DNA of 64,000 nt, taken from a virus. Numbering within the stretch: position 1 is the first letter of the stretch; every line of letters starts with the position of its first letter. The stretch lies in the IMG/VR virus record IMGVR_UViG_3300025732_000017. One strand, 5' to 3'. Below are positions 46,738-55,935 of this stretch, in pieces. Both the position numbers and the translations under genes were made by a program. The notes beneath the pieces were generated by a model. The model saw nothing but the letters and a program-made list of their open reading frames with translations. It searched no databases and was not told the origin of the DNA.

Positions 46738-47679
46738 ATGTCTAATAATGATCAATTCTTGTGGACCGAGAAGTATCGCCCACAGAAAGTTGCAGATTGC
46801 ATTCTACCAGAAAGCATCAAGAGTGCATTTCAGGAATATGTAAATCAAAAAAACATTCCAAATCTTCTTTTGACAGGTGGTCCTGGCGTTGGTAAGACGA
46901 CTATCGCCAAGGCCATGTGCAATGAAGTTGGTTGTGACTTCATGGTCATCAATGGTTCGGATGAACGAGGCATTGATGTTCTTCGTACCAAGATCAAGAC
47001 GTATGCATCTTCCATGAGTTTTTCTGGCGGCAGAAAAGTCGTCATCATTGATGAAGCGGACTATCTAACGCCAGAAGCACAAGCAGCCATGCGAGCTGCT
47101 ATTGAAGAGTTTGCATCCAATTGTTCTTTCATCTTTACCTGCAATTACAAGGCTCGCTTGATTGAAGCCATTCATTCACGTTGTTCCGTGATTGAGTTCA
47201 AGATCAAGAATGGCAACAAGGTGAAGATGGCGGCTGGCTTTCTAAAAAGAATTCAGAGTATTCTTGATCAGGAAAAGATCAAGTATGACAATGGTGCTCT
47301 TGTTCAGATCATTCAAAAGCACTTTCCAGACTATCGTCGCGTATTGAATGAGTTGCAGAGATATGCCGTTCGTGGCGAGATTGACTCTGGCGTACTTGCA
47401 CAAGTTGGTGATGTCAACCTCAAGGAACTTGTTGGTTTCTTGAAGGAGAAAGACTTCACGGCTATGCGTAAGTGGGTTGCGACAAACTCTGATGCTGATC
47501 AAAACAAGATCTTCCGTCAGATCTATGATGCGATGTATGATACCATGCAGCCACAGTCTATTCCACAGGCTGTGATCGTGTTGGCTGATTATCAATACAA
47601 GTCGGCGTTTGTTGCTGATCAAGAAATCAACATGGTTGCATGTTTGACAACCATCATGATGGAGTGTTCGTTTAAATAA
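46738..47679 (+). CDS. gp44: Clamp loader large subunit
   Basis: LWTEKYRP, GGPGVGKTT, IIDEAD, IHSRC and FPDYRR motifs. Confidence 0.96.
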   Translation: MSNNDQFLWTEKYRPQKVADCILPESIKSAFQEYVNQKNIPNLLLTGGPGVGKTTIAKAMCNEVGCDFMVINGSDERGIDVLRTKIKTYASSMSFSGGRKVVIIDEADYLTPEAQAAMRAAIEEFASNCSFIFTCNYKARLIEAIHSRCSVIEFKIKNGNKVKMAAGFLKRIQSILDQEKIKYDNGALVQIIQKHFPDYRRVLNELQRYAVRGEIDSGVLAQVGDVNLKELVGFLKEKDFTAMRKWVATNSDADQNKIFRQIYDAMYDTMQPQSIPQAVIVLADYQYKSAFVADQEINMVACLTTIMMECSFK

Positions 47680-48254
47680 TGCTAAATCCTAGACAGCTTA
47701 AAGTATTAAAGTCGTTTAATTGGAATAATATATTTTCCGATGCTCTTGCATGTGATGCCTTAAACGAGGCTCAAAATAGATTTTTGAAAGGTAGAATCAT
47801 AGAGAAATCGATTGAATGGAATAGTAATGGTCATTTGACATACATTGGTGATAAGCATAAGGATTTTGATTGGGTCGAAGAGAAATTTGAAGTTGAAATG
47901 AAAAGTGTAACATCTTATAGGATTTATGGTAAAAAAGGTCAGATAAAAGGAAAATTTGAAATACTACTTAGCAGTGTGATGGGCAATAAGAAACAGACAC
48001 CTATTGAATCCGAAATATGCGATCTTATATTGATACTTTATCGTGATGGTGCATTTGTTCTTGAGAAAGAAAATGTACTTAAAAACATACAATCTTATGA
48101 GGATGGATTACGAGTTAGAGGACATACGTCATGCTTGATTCCATTGACTGGATTAATTCAAGAGAAAAATATTGTAAAGAATCCAAAGTTTTTGAATTTT
48201 CCTATTCACTTGAATAAATTGATAGAGAGTGCTATAAAAGATTCATATGCTTGA
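47679..48254 (+). CDS. Putative PD-(D/E)xK nuclease inserted between gp44 and gp62
   Basis: GRIIEKSIE...KDFD...EVEMKS pattern; AT-rich. Confidence 0.45.
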   Translation: MLNPRQLKVLKSFNWNNIFSDALACDALNEAQNRFLKGRIIEKSIEWNSNGHLTYIGDKHKDFDWVEEKFEVEMKSVTSYRIYGKKGQIKGKFEILLSSVMGNKKQTPIESEICDLILILYRDGAFVLEKENVLKNIQSYEDGLRVRGHTSCLIPLTGLIQEKNIVKNPKFLNFPIHLNKLIESAIKDSYA

Positions 48255-48265
48255 GGTTTATGATA

Positions 48266-48694
48266 ATGGACTTGTTTAAAGATATTTTACCATCAATTCA
48301 AAAGACAAAGAAGGATTTGTCAGATGAGCCAGACTTTAAAAAGTCGTATAATGCATTTGTGGTCAATCGTGCGCTATCATATCATGTGGATTCTATACTC
48401 CACGCCAATGAAATGAATAGTAGGCATGGATTGGACGAAAATCTACAATATCATTTTTATCTAAATAGTATACGATCTATGAAACGCAAGTTTCAGCCGT
48501 GGGTCAAAAAAGAGAAGAATGATATTCTGGAGGCCGTAAAAGAGTACTACCAGTTTTCCAGCGCAAAGGCATTAGAGGCGATGCGTCTTCTCTCCACTGA
48601 TCAGGTTGATCATATAATAAGTATAACAAAAAAAGGTGGAGTGGGTAATGTGGAGCGTAGAAGACATGGTGGAGGTGACGCTAAAAGAGCGTGA
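48266..48694 (+). CDS. gp62: Clamp loader small subunit
   Basis: FVVNRALS, ANEMN, QYHFYLNSI..KRKF.PW and KEYYQFS..KA.EA motifs; GAGG RBS favours ATG 48266. Confidence 0.93.
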   Translation: MDLFKDILPSIQKTKKDLSDEPDFKKSYNAFVVNRALSYHVDSILHANEMNSRHGLDENLQYHFYLNSIRSMKRKFQPWVKKEKNDILEAVKEYYQFSSAKALEAMRLLSTDQVDHIISITKKGGVGNVERRRHGGGDAKRA

Positions 48695-49055
48695 TGACTT
48701 CCTAAAGGTCAAGGAAACATTGACCAGAATTGGCGTAGCCTCAAAGAAGGATCAGACACTCTATCAATCTTGTCATATTCTTCACAAGCAGGGTAAGTAC
48801 TATATCGCACATTTCAAGGAGTTATTTGCACTTGATGGCAAGCCAACAAATTTCTCCGAAGGCGATATTGCAAGAAGAAACTCAATTGCAAATCTATTGG
48901 CTGAATGGGGTCTTGTTGGGCTAGTAAAGCCAGAGAGAACAGCAGATCCAGTATCGCCACTAAATCAAATCAAGATACTGGCCTTCAAAGACAAAAATGA
49001 TTGGCAACTTGTAGCAAAATATAATATTGGTAAGAAAAAGATTGAAACTGAATAA
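48648..49055 (+). CDS. regA: Translational repressor RegA
   Basis: DDFLKVKETLTRIGVASKK..LYQSCHILHKQGKYYI.HFKELFALDGK. Confidence 0.96.
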   Translation: MWSVEDMVEVTLKERDDFLKVKETLTRIGVASKKDQTLYQSCHILHKQGKYYIAHFKELFALDGKPTNFSEGDIARRNSIANLLAEWGLVGLVKPERTADPVSPLNQIKILAFKDKNDWQLVAKYNIGKKKIETE

Positions 49056-49072
49056 TTGAAGGAGTTTATATC

Positions 49073-49618
49073 ATGGCAACAAAATTGAAGTACTACAAGA
49101 TACATCCGCAAGTACAAGCACCAGTCTATTCAACGACTGATGCTGCTTGTTTTGATATCTTTCTATGTACATTTGGTGTAATGTCGTTTGAAGGATATGA
49201 TGATACGGGAAAGAAGTTTAGTCGGCTATTAACAAGCGATGGTGGTGTAACGATATGTCCAAGAGATCGTGTGCTTGCACCCACTGGATTGATCTTTGAT
49301 ATTCCAAAAGAATACTCAGTACGCATTCATCCTCGCTCGGGTCTTTCCTTGAAAGAGGGTCTAACGCTTGCAAATGCTGAAGGTGTAATTGATTCTGATT
49401 ATATGGAAGAAACTTTCGTCATGTTGACAAACATTACAACTAGAAACATAGTTGTACCCAATCTATCTAGAATTTGTCAAGGTGAACTTGTACGCAATAA
49501 TAGAGCAGCATTTGAAGAAGTAAAGGCAAGACCAACACGCGATAACACAAATCGTAAGGGCGGATTTGGTTCTACAGGCACAAAGGTACTTGACAATCCT
49601 ACTGCGAATACTATATAA
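49073..49618 (+). CDS. dut: Trimeric dUTPase
   Basis: ACFDI, PRSGLS, GVIDSDY, QGE and RKGGFGSTG motifs. Confidence 0.93.
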   Translation: MATKLKYYKIHPQVQAPVYSTTDAACFDIFLCTFGVMSFEGYDDTGKKFSRLLTSDGGVTICPRDRVLAPTGLIFDIPKEYSVRIHPRSGLSLKEGLTLANAEGVIDSDYMEETFVMLTNITTRNIVVPNLSRICQGELVRNNRAAFEEVKARPTRDNTNRKGGFGSTGTKVLDNPTANTI

Positions 49619-49619
49619 T
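49590..49619 (+). promoter_or_regulatory. sigma70-type promoter TTGACA-18-TATAAT
   Basis: Consensus hexamers upstream of the hsp20 leader. Confidence 0.7.
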
Positions 49620-49675
49620 ATACAGACTAGCGCCAAATGGGCTAGTCGTTTTCAACTTGCTTAAAAGGAGTTAAC

Positions 49676-50128
49676 ATGACATTCGCATACGGTCGTAATC
49701 TGCTTCCTTCAACTGTTGGTTTTGATAGACTTCTATCTACTCTAGATGAAGCACTAAATATTCCCGAGAAGGTACTTACCTCTTATCCTCCATACAACAT
49801 CGCTAAAGTTAGCGAAGACAAGTATGTAATTGAATTGGCAGTTGCCGGATTCAAGAGAGAAGAGATTGATATCACTCTTGAGGATAGCAAACTAACAATT
49901 CAGGGAAACGCAAAGAAAGATGAGGACGGAAGTAAAACTTATTACCATCGTGGCATTGCTCTTCGTAATTTTACCCGTGTATTTACTCTCGCTGATACGG
50001 TAGTAGTAAATAGTGCTGATCTTGTTGATGGAATGCTTGTAGTTGAACTACAGAATATCATTCCAGAAAGCAAGAAGCCAAGAAAGATTTCCTTGGGCGG
50101 CACACAAAAAGTTCTCGCTTCAGAATAA
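49676..50128 (+). CDS. hsp20: Small heat-shock protein (Hsp20/IbpA-like)
   Basis: VGFDRL, YPPYNI, IELAVAGF, HRGIALRNFTRVFTL and IPESKKPRKI motifs. Confidence 0.95.
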   Translation: MTFAYGRNLLPSTVGFDRLLSTLDEALNIPEKVLTSYPPYNIAKVSEDKYVIELAVAGFKREEIDITLEDSKLTIQGNAKKDEDGSKTYYHRGIALRNFTRVFTLADTVVVNSADLVDGMLVVELQNIIPESKKPRKISLGGTQKVLASE

Positions 50129-50222
50129 TTTCTGAATAAATAATCACACTTATTTCAACAACTAACCAGTCACCGTGGGCAATATCGTTCACGGTGACTT
50201 TCTATCTAGAAAGGATACTTTG

Positions 50223-50579
50223 ATGGAACAATACTGGGGTTATCACGCCATGCTTGATTGTCGCGCCTGCGATATTGAGTCAATCAAGAGTTATGATAAT
50301 GTCTATAATTTTGCCAAAAGTCTTGTGAATGCCATTGATATGAAAGCCTTTGGAGAACCCCAGATTGTTCATTTTGGTGAGGGAAACAAAGCAGGATTTA
50401 CTCTTGTTCAGCTCATTGAAACAAGCAATATCTGTGCTCATTTCTGCAATGACACGGGCGATGCCTACATTGATGTATTTTCTTGCAAGCCATATGATCG
50501 TGATGTAGTTCGCGACGAGATCATCAAGTTCTTCAAGCCTCGTCAGATTACAGTAAACTATCTTGAAAGACAGGCATGA
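50223..50579 (+). CDS. Pyruvoyl-dependent AdoMet-decarboxylase-like protein, divergent ETSNI type
   Basis: GYHAMLDC, QLIETSNICAHF and IDVFSCK motifs; AGAAAGGA RBS favours ATG 50223. Confidence 0.75.
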   Translation: MEQYWGYHAMLDCRACDIESIKSYDNVYNFAKSLVNAIDMKAFGEPQIVHFGEGNKAGFTLVQLIETSNICAHFCNDTGDAYIDVFSCKPYDRDVVRDEIIKFFKPRQITVNYLERQA

Positions 50580-50582
50580 GAG

Positions 50583-50930
50583 ATGAGCGGTGTATCATAT
50601 ATGGGTCGGCATGTTATTGCTGATCTACATGATGTATCGGCTGAAGTTCTTGGCTCAATTGATTTTTGGAAAGAAATCCTAATCGATGGAGCCAAGAAAT
50701 CAGGTGCAACAGTTCTAAGCGATCACTTTCATCATTTTGGTGAGGGTTATGGCATTACTGGTGTAATTGTCTTGGCCGAGAGTCATATTTCAATTCATAC
50801 ATGGCCTGAAAAAAACTATGCTGCAATTGATGTGTTTATGTGTGGTACTTGTGATCCTGAAGTTGCAGTAGATCATATTACGAGCAAGATAAATACTTTT
50901 GTCAAGAAAGACTTGATTTATCGTAAGTGA
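50583..50930 (+). CDS. speD: S-adenosylmethionine decarboxylase proenzyme (SpeD/SpeH type)
   Basis: MGRHVIADL, LAESHISIHTWPE and IDVFMCG motifs. Confidence 0.88.
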   Translation: MSGVSYMGRHVIADLHDVSAEVLGSIDFWKEILIDGAKKSGATVLSDHFHHFGEGYGITGVIVLAESHISIHTWPEKNYAAIDVFMCGTCDPEVAVDHITSKINTFVKKDLIYRK

Positions 50931-50966
50931 TTTGATATACTGCATTTGAGTTTTGGAGATTTTATC

Positions 50967-51290
50967 ATGAGATATATTGGATACTCAGTCTCTCGTTGTA
51001 TACGCGACATAGTAAAGAAGCGTGTCAATATCTACGCAGTAGAAGTTATCATTGGTCGTACCTCAATAGAAAATGAGCAGCATGTAGCAGAAGTTGCTCG
51101 CGGATATCACAGTCTACCAAAGGGCGATTATCGTTCTTGGAATGATTTGGATTATGATGCATGTCATGGAGTTCTTCTGGAACTGTATCGTGATGGTAAG
51201 TTACATCAGCCAAGATTGTTTGGTAAGTATCCAATTCGCATGGACAATCATTGGGGTGTGATTGCTCCGTTTCCCATGAGCGCATTCTGA
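50967..51290 (+). CDS. Hypothetical protein
   Basis: GGAG RBS and ATG at 50967; coupled to the next gene. Confidence 0.6.
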   Translation: MRYIGYSVSRCIRDIVKKRVNIYAVEVIIGRTSIENEQHVAEVARGYHSLPKGDYRSWNDLDYDACHGVLLELYRDGKLHQPRLFGKYPIRMDNHWGVIAPFPMSAF

Positions 51291-52015
51291 TGAGAGCCGT
51301 TGTTATAATTCCAACAACAGGCGACAAAAAAGTCCTAGAAGCAATCAAGAGCGTCGAAAATCAAACTTATGCTGATACGAGTTATCTCGTCGTTGTTGAT
51401 GGTAACAAGTTCAAGCATAAGTTTGATGATCTGTTTGTAAATTCTGATCCATACATGCCACCTAAAGATGTCGTGTATCTAAAGCACAACACAGGTGCTG
51501 ATGGATTCTACGGTCATCGCATATATGCAGGATTCTCGCATCTGGTGAATGAAGATATTGTTCTCTTTCTTGATCAGGACAATTGGTTTGAGCCAGATCA
51601 TGTTGAAAAACTTATAAGCATAATTCAAACTGAAAATCTTACATGGGCTCATAGCCTTCGCAACATCTATGACAAAGACAACAATTTTCTTTGTCGTGAT
51701 GATTGCGAAAGTTTAGGTAAATGGCCTGTGTGGAATGGTCTAGATAATTTTCATGTAGACACATCTGCATATGCATTTCGTCGTGAATTCATATCTCAAG
51801 TCGCATCGCTTTGGCACTCTGGTTATGCTGGTGATCGTCGCTTTTTCAATATGGTTAGAACAATACCAAATGCGCCATATGGCACAAGTGGTGCATACAC
51901 ATTGAATTATAGACTTGATGGTAATCCAAATTCAGCGTCACCCGACTTCTTTCTTCATGGCAATAGAGTCATGGAGCAAAAATATTATGGAAAATATCCT
52001 TGGAGAAAAGCATGA
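51290..52015 (+). CDS. Glycosyltransferase family 2
   Basis: VIIPT, SVENQTY, VVVDG and LFLDQDNW (DxD) motifs. Confidence 0.85.
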   Translation: MRAVVIIPTTGDKKVLEAIKSVENQTYADTSYLVVVDGNKFKHKFDDLFVNSDPYMPPKDVVYLKHNTGADGFYGHRIYAGFSHLVNEDIVLFLDQDNWFEPDHVEKLISIIQTENLTWAHSLRNIYDKDNNFLCRDDCESLGKWPVWNGLDNFHVDTSAYAFRREFISQVASLWHSGYAGDRRFFNMVRTIPNAPYGTSGAYTLNYRLDGNPNSASPDFFLHGNRVMEQKYYGKYPWRKA

Positions 52016-52590
52016 GTAACATAAAAATTGAATATATGCAACAGTATGGCTCTGGTAAGATATTTGTAGAGACTGGAACATATCTTGGAGATACCGTTGA
52101 ACTTGCATTGAATGCAGGATTTGAGTATGTACATACTATTGAAGTGGATCAAGGTATGTATGATAAGTGTCACGCACGATTCAAGGATAATTCTAAGGTC
52201 AAGTTGTGGCTTGGTGATTCGGTAGATATCATTCCACAGATTGTTGATGAATTGATAGAACCAGCAACATTTTGGCTTGATGCTCATGCAAGTGGTCCAC
52301 TTCAAGGTGGTCGTTATGCACCATGTCCACTTGTGCTGGAACTTGAAGCAATCTATGGAAAGAAGAAGTTGCGTTTTACTGAACGTGGCTCTGAAATGTT
52401 TCGCGAAAAGTCTTCAATAGATACACACACGATCATGATTGATGATCGGCGTCTATTGGGTTCTGCTGAATGGGGATATGTGCAAGAGAAGCAGATCATG
52501 GATCTTCTATTTGCAATCAATCCAAACTATAAGATTCATTATCTTGATGGTCATCAAGCCAATGATATCATTTGTGCTACGGTGAGATAA
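52012..52590 (+). CDS. Class I SAM-methyltransferase-like protein
   Basis: FVETGTYLGDT, IEVD, GDS, FWLDAH and IDD motifs. Confidence 0.7.
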   Translation: MSNIKIEYMQQYGSGKIFVETGTYLGDTVELALNAGFEYVHTIEVDQGMYDKCHARFKDNSKVKLWLGDSVDIIPQIVDELIEPATFWLDAHASGPLQGGRYAPCPLVLELEAIYGKKKLRFTERGSEMFREKSSIDTHTIMIDDRRLLGSAEWGYVQEKQIMDLLFAINPNYKIHYLDGHQANDIICATVR

Positions 52591-52591
52591 C

Positions 52592-53455
52592 ATGAAAGAT
52601 CTTATTTTAGGATGCATCACAAATTACACTTTTGACAAGATTGCAAACTGGGTCAATTCAATTGAACGTTCGGGCTTTACTGGACACAAAGTTGTCATTG
52701 CATATAATGTTGGATTTGACATTGTAGATGAACTAACAAAAAGAAACTTTACTGTAGTCACTTTCAATCGTGATGACGCGAATAGACGATTTACATATCG
52801 TGAAAATTTCAATATTGTCGTTGATCGTTTCTATCATTCTTGGAAAGTATTGAGTGATATTGAAAACGAGGTGCGATATGTGATAGCCACGGATGTTAGA
52901 GATGTTGTTTTTCAAACAAATCCTACAGAATGGTTAGATAGTCTTTTGCCCTCAGAATTTAATACGTTAATTGCATCAACCGAAGGGATTAGATATAAGA
53001 ATGAAGTTTGGGGAAACAACAATATGAAGTTGAGTTTTCCTTTCGTTCATGAATACATGATGAATAGGGGCATTTATAATGCGGGTGTCATGGCAGGAAA
53101 AGTGTCTGTAATCAAGGATTTGTTCTTGAATATATTCATGATCTGTGCTAATATGCCTCATACTATTCCTGGTGGAGGTGGACCAGATCAAGCTGCATAT
53201 AACGTATTGCTAACAATGAATCAGTATGAAAATATCACACGATTTACTATTGCCAAAGATGCATGGGCAGCACAACTTGGAACAGTTGCTGATCCAAACA
53301 AGATAAATCAGTACAGACCATACTTGACAGACTTTGAGCCAGTCATTCAAAACGGCGAAGTCTTCAATAACGAAGGTCGTAAGTACTGCATTGTTCATCA
53401 ATACGATAGAGTGCCGAATCTTCTTCCACTAATTAATTCAAAATATGGAACATGA
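52592..53455 (+). CDS. Nucleotide-diphospho-sugar transferase (GT-A-like)
   Basis: VIATDVRDVVFQTNP, NAGVMAG and DQAAYN motifs. Confidence 0.72.
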   Translation: MKDLILGCITNYTFDKIANWVNSIERSGFTGHKVVIAYNVGFDIVDELTKRNFTVVTFNRDDANRRFTYRENFNIVVDRFYHSWKVLSDIENEVRYVIATDVRDVVFQTNPTEWLDSLLPSEFNTLIASTEGIRYKNEVWGNNNMKLSFPFVHEYMMNRGIYNAGVMAGKVSVIKDLFLNIFMICANMPHTIPGGGGPDQAAYNVLLTMNQYENITRFTIAKDAWAAQLGTVADPNKINQYRPYLTDFEPVIQNGEVFNNEGRKYCIVHQYDRVPNLLPLINSKYGT

Positions 53456-54092
53456 CATGTCAGATGTAATTAGAATCAATACTGCAACAAACGCTTTTCA
53501 AAAAGTTGAAAGACCATTAACGATTGCCGAATATAAAGAGCAAGGAAAATGGCCATTTGATTTTATTTCTGGAAAAGGTCTTGTTAGTGTAATCAACAAT
53601 CTATCTGTAAGTCTAGATAGAAATGTTGTTGGACTAGAAATTGGTATTTGTAAAGGTGAAAACATTGTTCACTTCTTTGAACAGACAAATAGAATCGACA
53701 AGATTCATTGTATTGATCCATATCTACCATACATGGATTGGGTTGGACCAGTAACGCAAGAGGATATGGATCTATGGTATGATATCACGATGAAGAATTT
53801 TGCTCCGTACATGGACAAGATCGTGATGTACAAGGACACATCAGACAATTGCGTAAGCAAGTTTAAAGATGGACAATTTGACTACATCTTCATAGATGGC
53901 GATCATTCATATGAAGGTGTTATTAAAGACTTATATAATTATTATGACAAGTTAAGAGTTGGTGGTATTTTTTCTGGTCATGATATTAATCTTCCAGACG
54001 TTCAAAGAGCATTGAAAGAGTTTAGATCAATAAAGGGTATTGAAAAAGAAATGAAGTTTACTGATGTAAACGTTTGGTACTGGGTAAAGTAA
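53445..54092 (+). CDS. SAM-dependent methyltransferase (sugar O-methyltransferase-like)
   Basis: GLEIG, IDPY, DYIFIDGDHSYEGV and GGIFSGHD motifs. Confidence 0.85.
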   Translation: MEHDMSDVIRINTATNAFQKVERPLTIAEYKEQGKWPFDFISGKGLVSVINNLSVSLDRNVVGLEIGICKGENIVHFFEQTNRIDKIHCIDPYLPYMDWVGPVTQEDMDLWYDITMKNFAPYMDKIVMYKDTSDNCVSKFKDGQFDYIFIDGDHSYEGVIKDLYNYYDKLRVGGIFSGHDINLPDVQRALKEFRSIKGIEKEMKFTDVNVWYWVK

Positions 54093-54961
54093 TGCAAAAG
54101 AAACCATTGAAACTTGGATTTGTTGACGTATGCACATCCGAGTTTTATGAGACGATTCTATCTCAAAGATATGACTTGACGATAGATAATGAAAATCCAG
54201 ATTTTCTTTTCTTTGGTGATGAAAACTTTGGAACAAAAAATCTCCAATACTCAAAAGATAAGTGCATAAAGATTTTTCATACTGGCGAAAATCGTAGACC
54301 AGAAAATTATGATTGTCATTATGCCACGACTTTTGATCATAATCCTAATCCATGGCATTATAGATTACCTGGTTATGCTTTGGTTCCATTCTTCTATAAG
54401 AAATTTGAGTTTACACATATTTTTAATGCACACAACATCAAGCATCTAAAAACAAAGTTTTGTGTGTTTATACATCGCAATCCAAACAACAATGTGCGAA
54501 ATGCTGTATTTCATGAACTATGCAAGTATAAGAAAGTTGATAGTGCCGGACCATTATTTAATAATATTGGACATGTAATTAGTCCAGACTATGATGCAAA
54601 ACTTGATTTTATCAAGAACTACAAGTTTGTTCTTTCATTTGAGAATAGTCCACATCCAGGATATGTGACTGAAAAGATAATGGATGGATTCTATGTCAAT
54701 TCGGTTCCAATCTACTGGGGTTCATCTACGATAGATCTAGACTTCAATGAAGCATCTTTCATCAATGCGGGAAATTTTGATTCAATGGAATCATTCATCA
54801 ATTATGTAATCAAGATTGATAACGATGATACACTATACAACAACATGATTTCACAACCAAAACTAAAGCATGGTCTTCCCCCTTCGTGCATGATTTATGA
54901 TAATTTCTTGAATTGGTTTGATGCTATTGTATACAATAAATTATATCCGAGAGTGAAATGA
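54092..54961 (+). CDS. Glycosyltransferase family 10 (alpha-1,3/4-fucosyltransferase-like)
   Basis: IFHTGEN, KKVDSAG, YKFVLSFENS, YVTEKI and PIYWG motifs. Confidence 0.85.
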   Translation: MQKKPLKLGFVDVCTSEFYETILSQRYDLTIDNENPDFLFFGDENFGTKNLQYSKDKCIKIFHTGENRRPENYDCHYATTFDHNPNPWHYRLPGYALVPFFYKKFEFTHIFNAHNIKHLKTKFCVFIHRNPNNNVRNAVFHELCKYKKVDSAGPLFNNIGHVISPDYDAKLDFIKNYKFVLSFENSPHPGYVTEKIMDGFYVNSVPIYWGSSTIDLDFNEASFINAGNFDSMESFINYVIKIDNDDTLYNNMISQPKLKHGLPPSCMIYDNFLNWFDAIVYNKLYPRVK

Positions 54962-55935
54962 AAAAGCACAAGAAGATCATTGTATGGGGTGCAAAATATG
55001 AAACGGGACACACTCATGCATTTACACATGCAGCTTTTGTCAAAGGCGCACAATACCTAAATGAAGAAGTCTATTGGCTTGACGATACAGACAATGTTGA
55101 TCCTTCATTCTTTGACGATTCGCTAATCGTATCAGAACATTGGATAGCAACAACACACCCAAGAAGTCATCGTCTACCACTAAGAAAGTCATCAACATAT
55201 GTGATGAATTACTTGGGCAACAAGAAAGGCACCGACAATCCGGGCGCTTCATATTATCTTGGTAGAGTTGGAAGAATCATAGATTTTAGATTTGCAAACA
55301 ATTGGTCTGACAAATATTGGGAATACAAATACGAACCTGAAAAGTATATCCCAATAAATGATGGTGTTTCTCATCTAGAAAGAGGATCTGAATACGATAA
55401 TTTCTATAGCATGTGGGCTACAGATCTCATGCCAAACGAGATCAATTTTGATGATTGCTTGACACCATGGAAAGAACCAAAGCACGTTTTCTTTTCTGGT
55501 ACAATTCGTGAAGACAATCGTGATCAATTTGAGCCATTTATTCGTGCATGTTCAGAAAATAAAATGAATTTTTACTTCAATGATGTGTGGCGTCAAGTTC
55601 TAACGATTGAATCCGTTAAGAGAGCATCACTTGATGCGTTTCTTGCTCTTGAACTTCGTCCAAAGTTTCATGTTGATATTGGATACAAGTCATGTCGCGC
55701 ATTCAAGGTCATTAGTTATGGGCAACTTGGCATGACAAACTCTCGCGCTGTTTATGATTTCTTTGATCAGGAAATTGCATTTCATGAAGATCCGTATCAG
55801 CTATTCCATGTAGCATCAGAGATGCGAAACAATCCAAAGACAAAAGATCTTGTTCTCAATCAAATGAAGAAGGTAAAAGAGAAGCATACATATGCTAGTA
55901 GGATGAAGGATATTATTACTGCTTGTGAAATGTGA
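54958..55935 (+). CDS. Putative glycosyltransferase (GT-B-like)
   Basis: HTHAFTH, FFSGTI, SCRAFKVISYG and EKHTYASR motifs; context in the island. Confidence 0.5.
   Translation: MKKHKKIIVWGAKYETGHTHAFTHAAFVKGAQYLNEEVYWLDDTDNVDPSFFDDSLIVSEHWIATTHPRSHRLPLRKSSTYVMNYLGNKKGTDNPGASYYLGRVGRIIDFRFANNWSDKYWEYKYEPEKYIPINDGVSHLERGSEYDNFYSMWATDLMPNEINFDDCLTPWKEPKHVFFSGTIREDNRDQFEPFIRACSENKMNFYFNDVWRQVLTIESVKRASLDAFLALELRPKFHVDIGYKSCRAFKVISYGQLGMTNSRAVYDFFDQEIAFHEDPYQLFHVASEMRNNPKTKDLVLNQMKKVKEKHTYASRMKDIITACEM

Noticed and set aside
49620-49675. CIRCE or sigma32 heat-shock element before hsp20
   Set aside because: The TTAGCACTC-N9-GAGTGCTAA consensus is absent and the promoter is sigma70-like.
50143-50222. 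Known SAM-II or SAM-V riboswitch
   Set aside because: The conserved pseudoknot and GCUAAA-type elements are not visible; kept only as an unknown leader.
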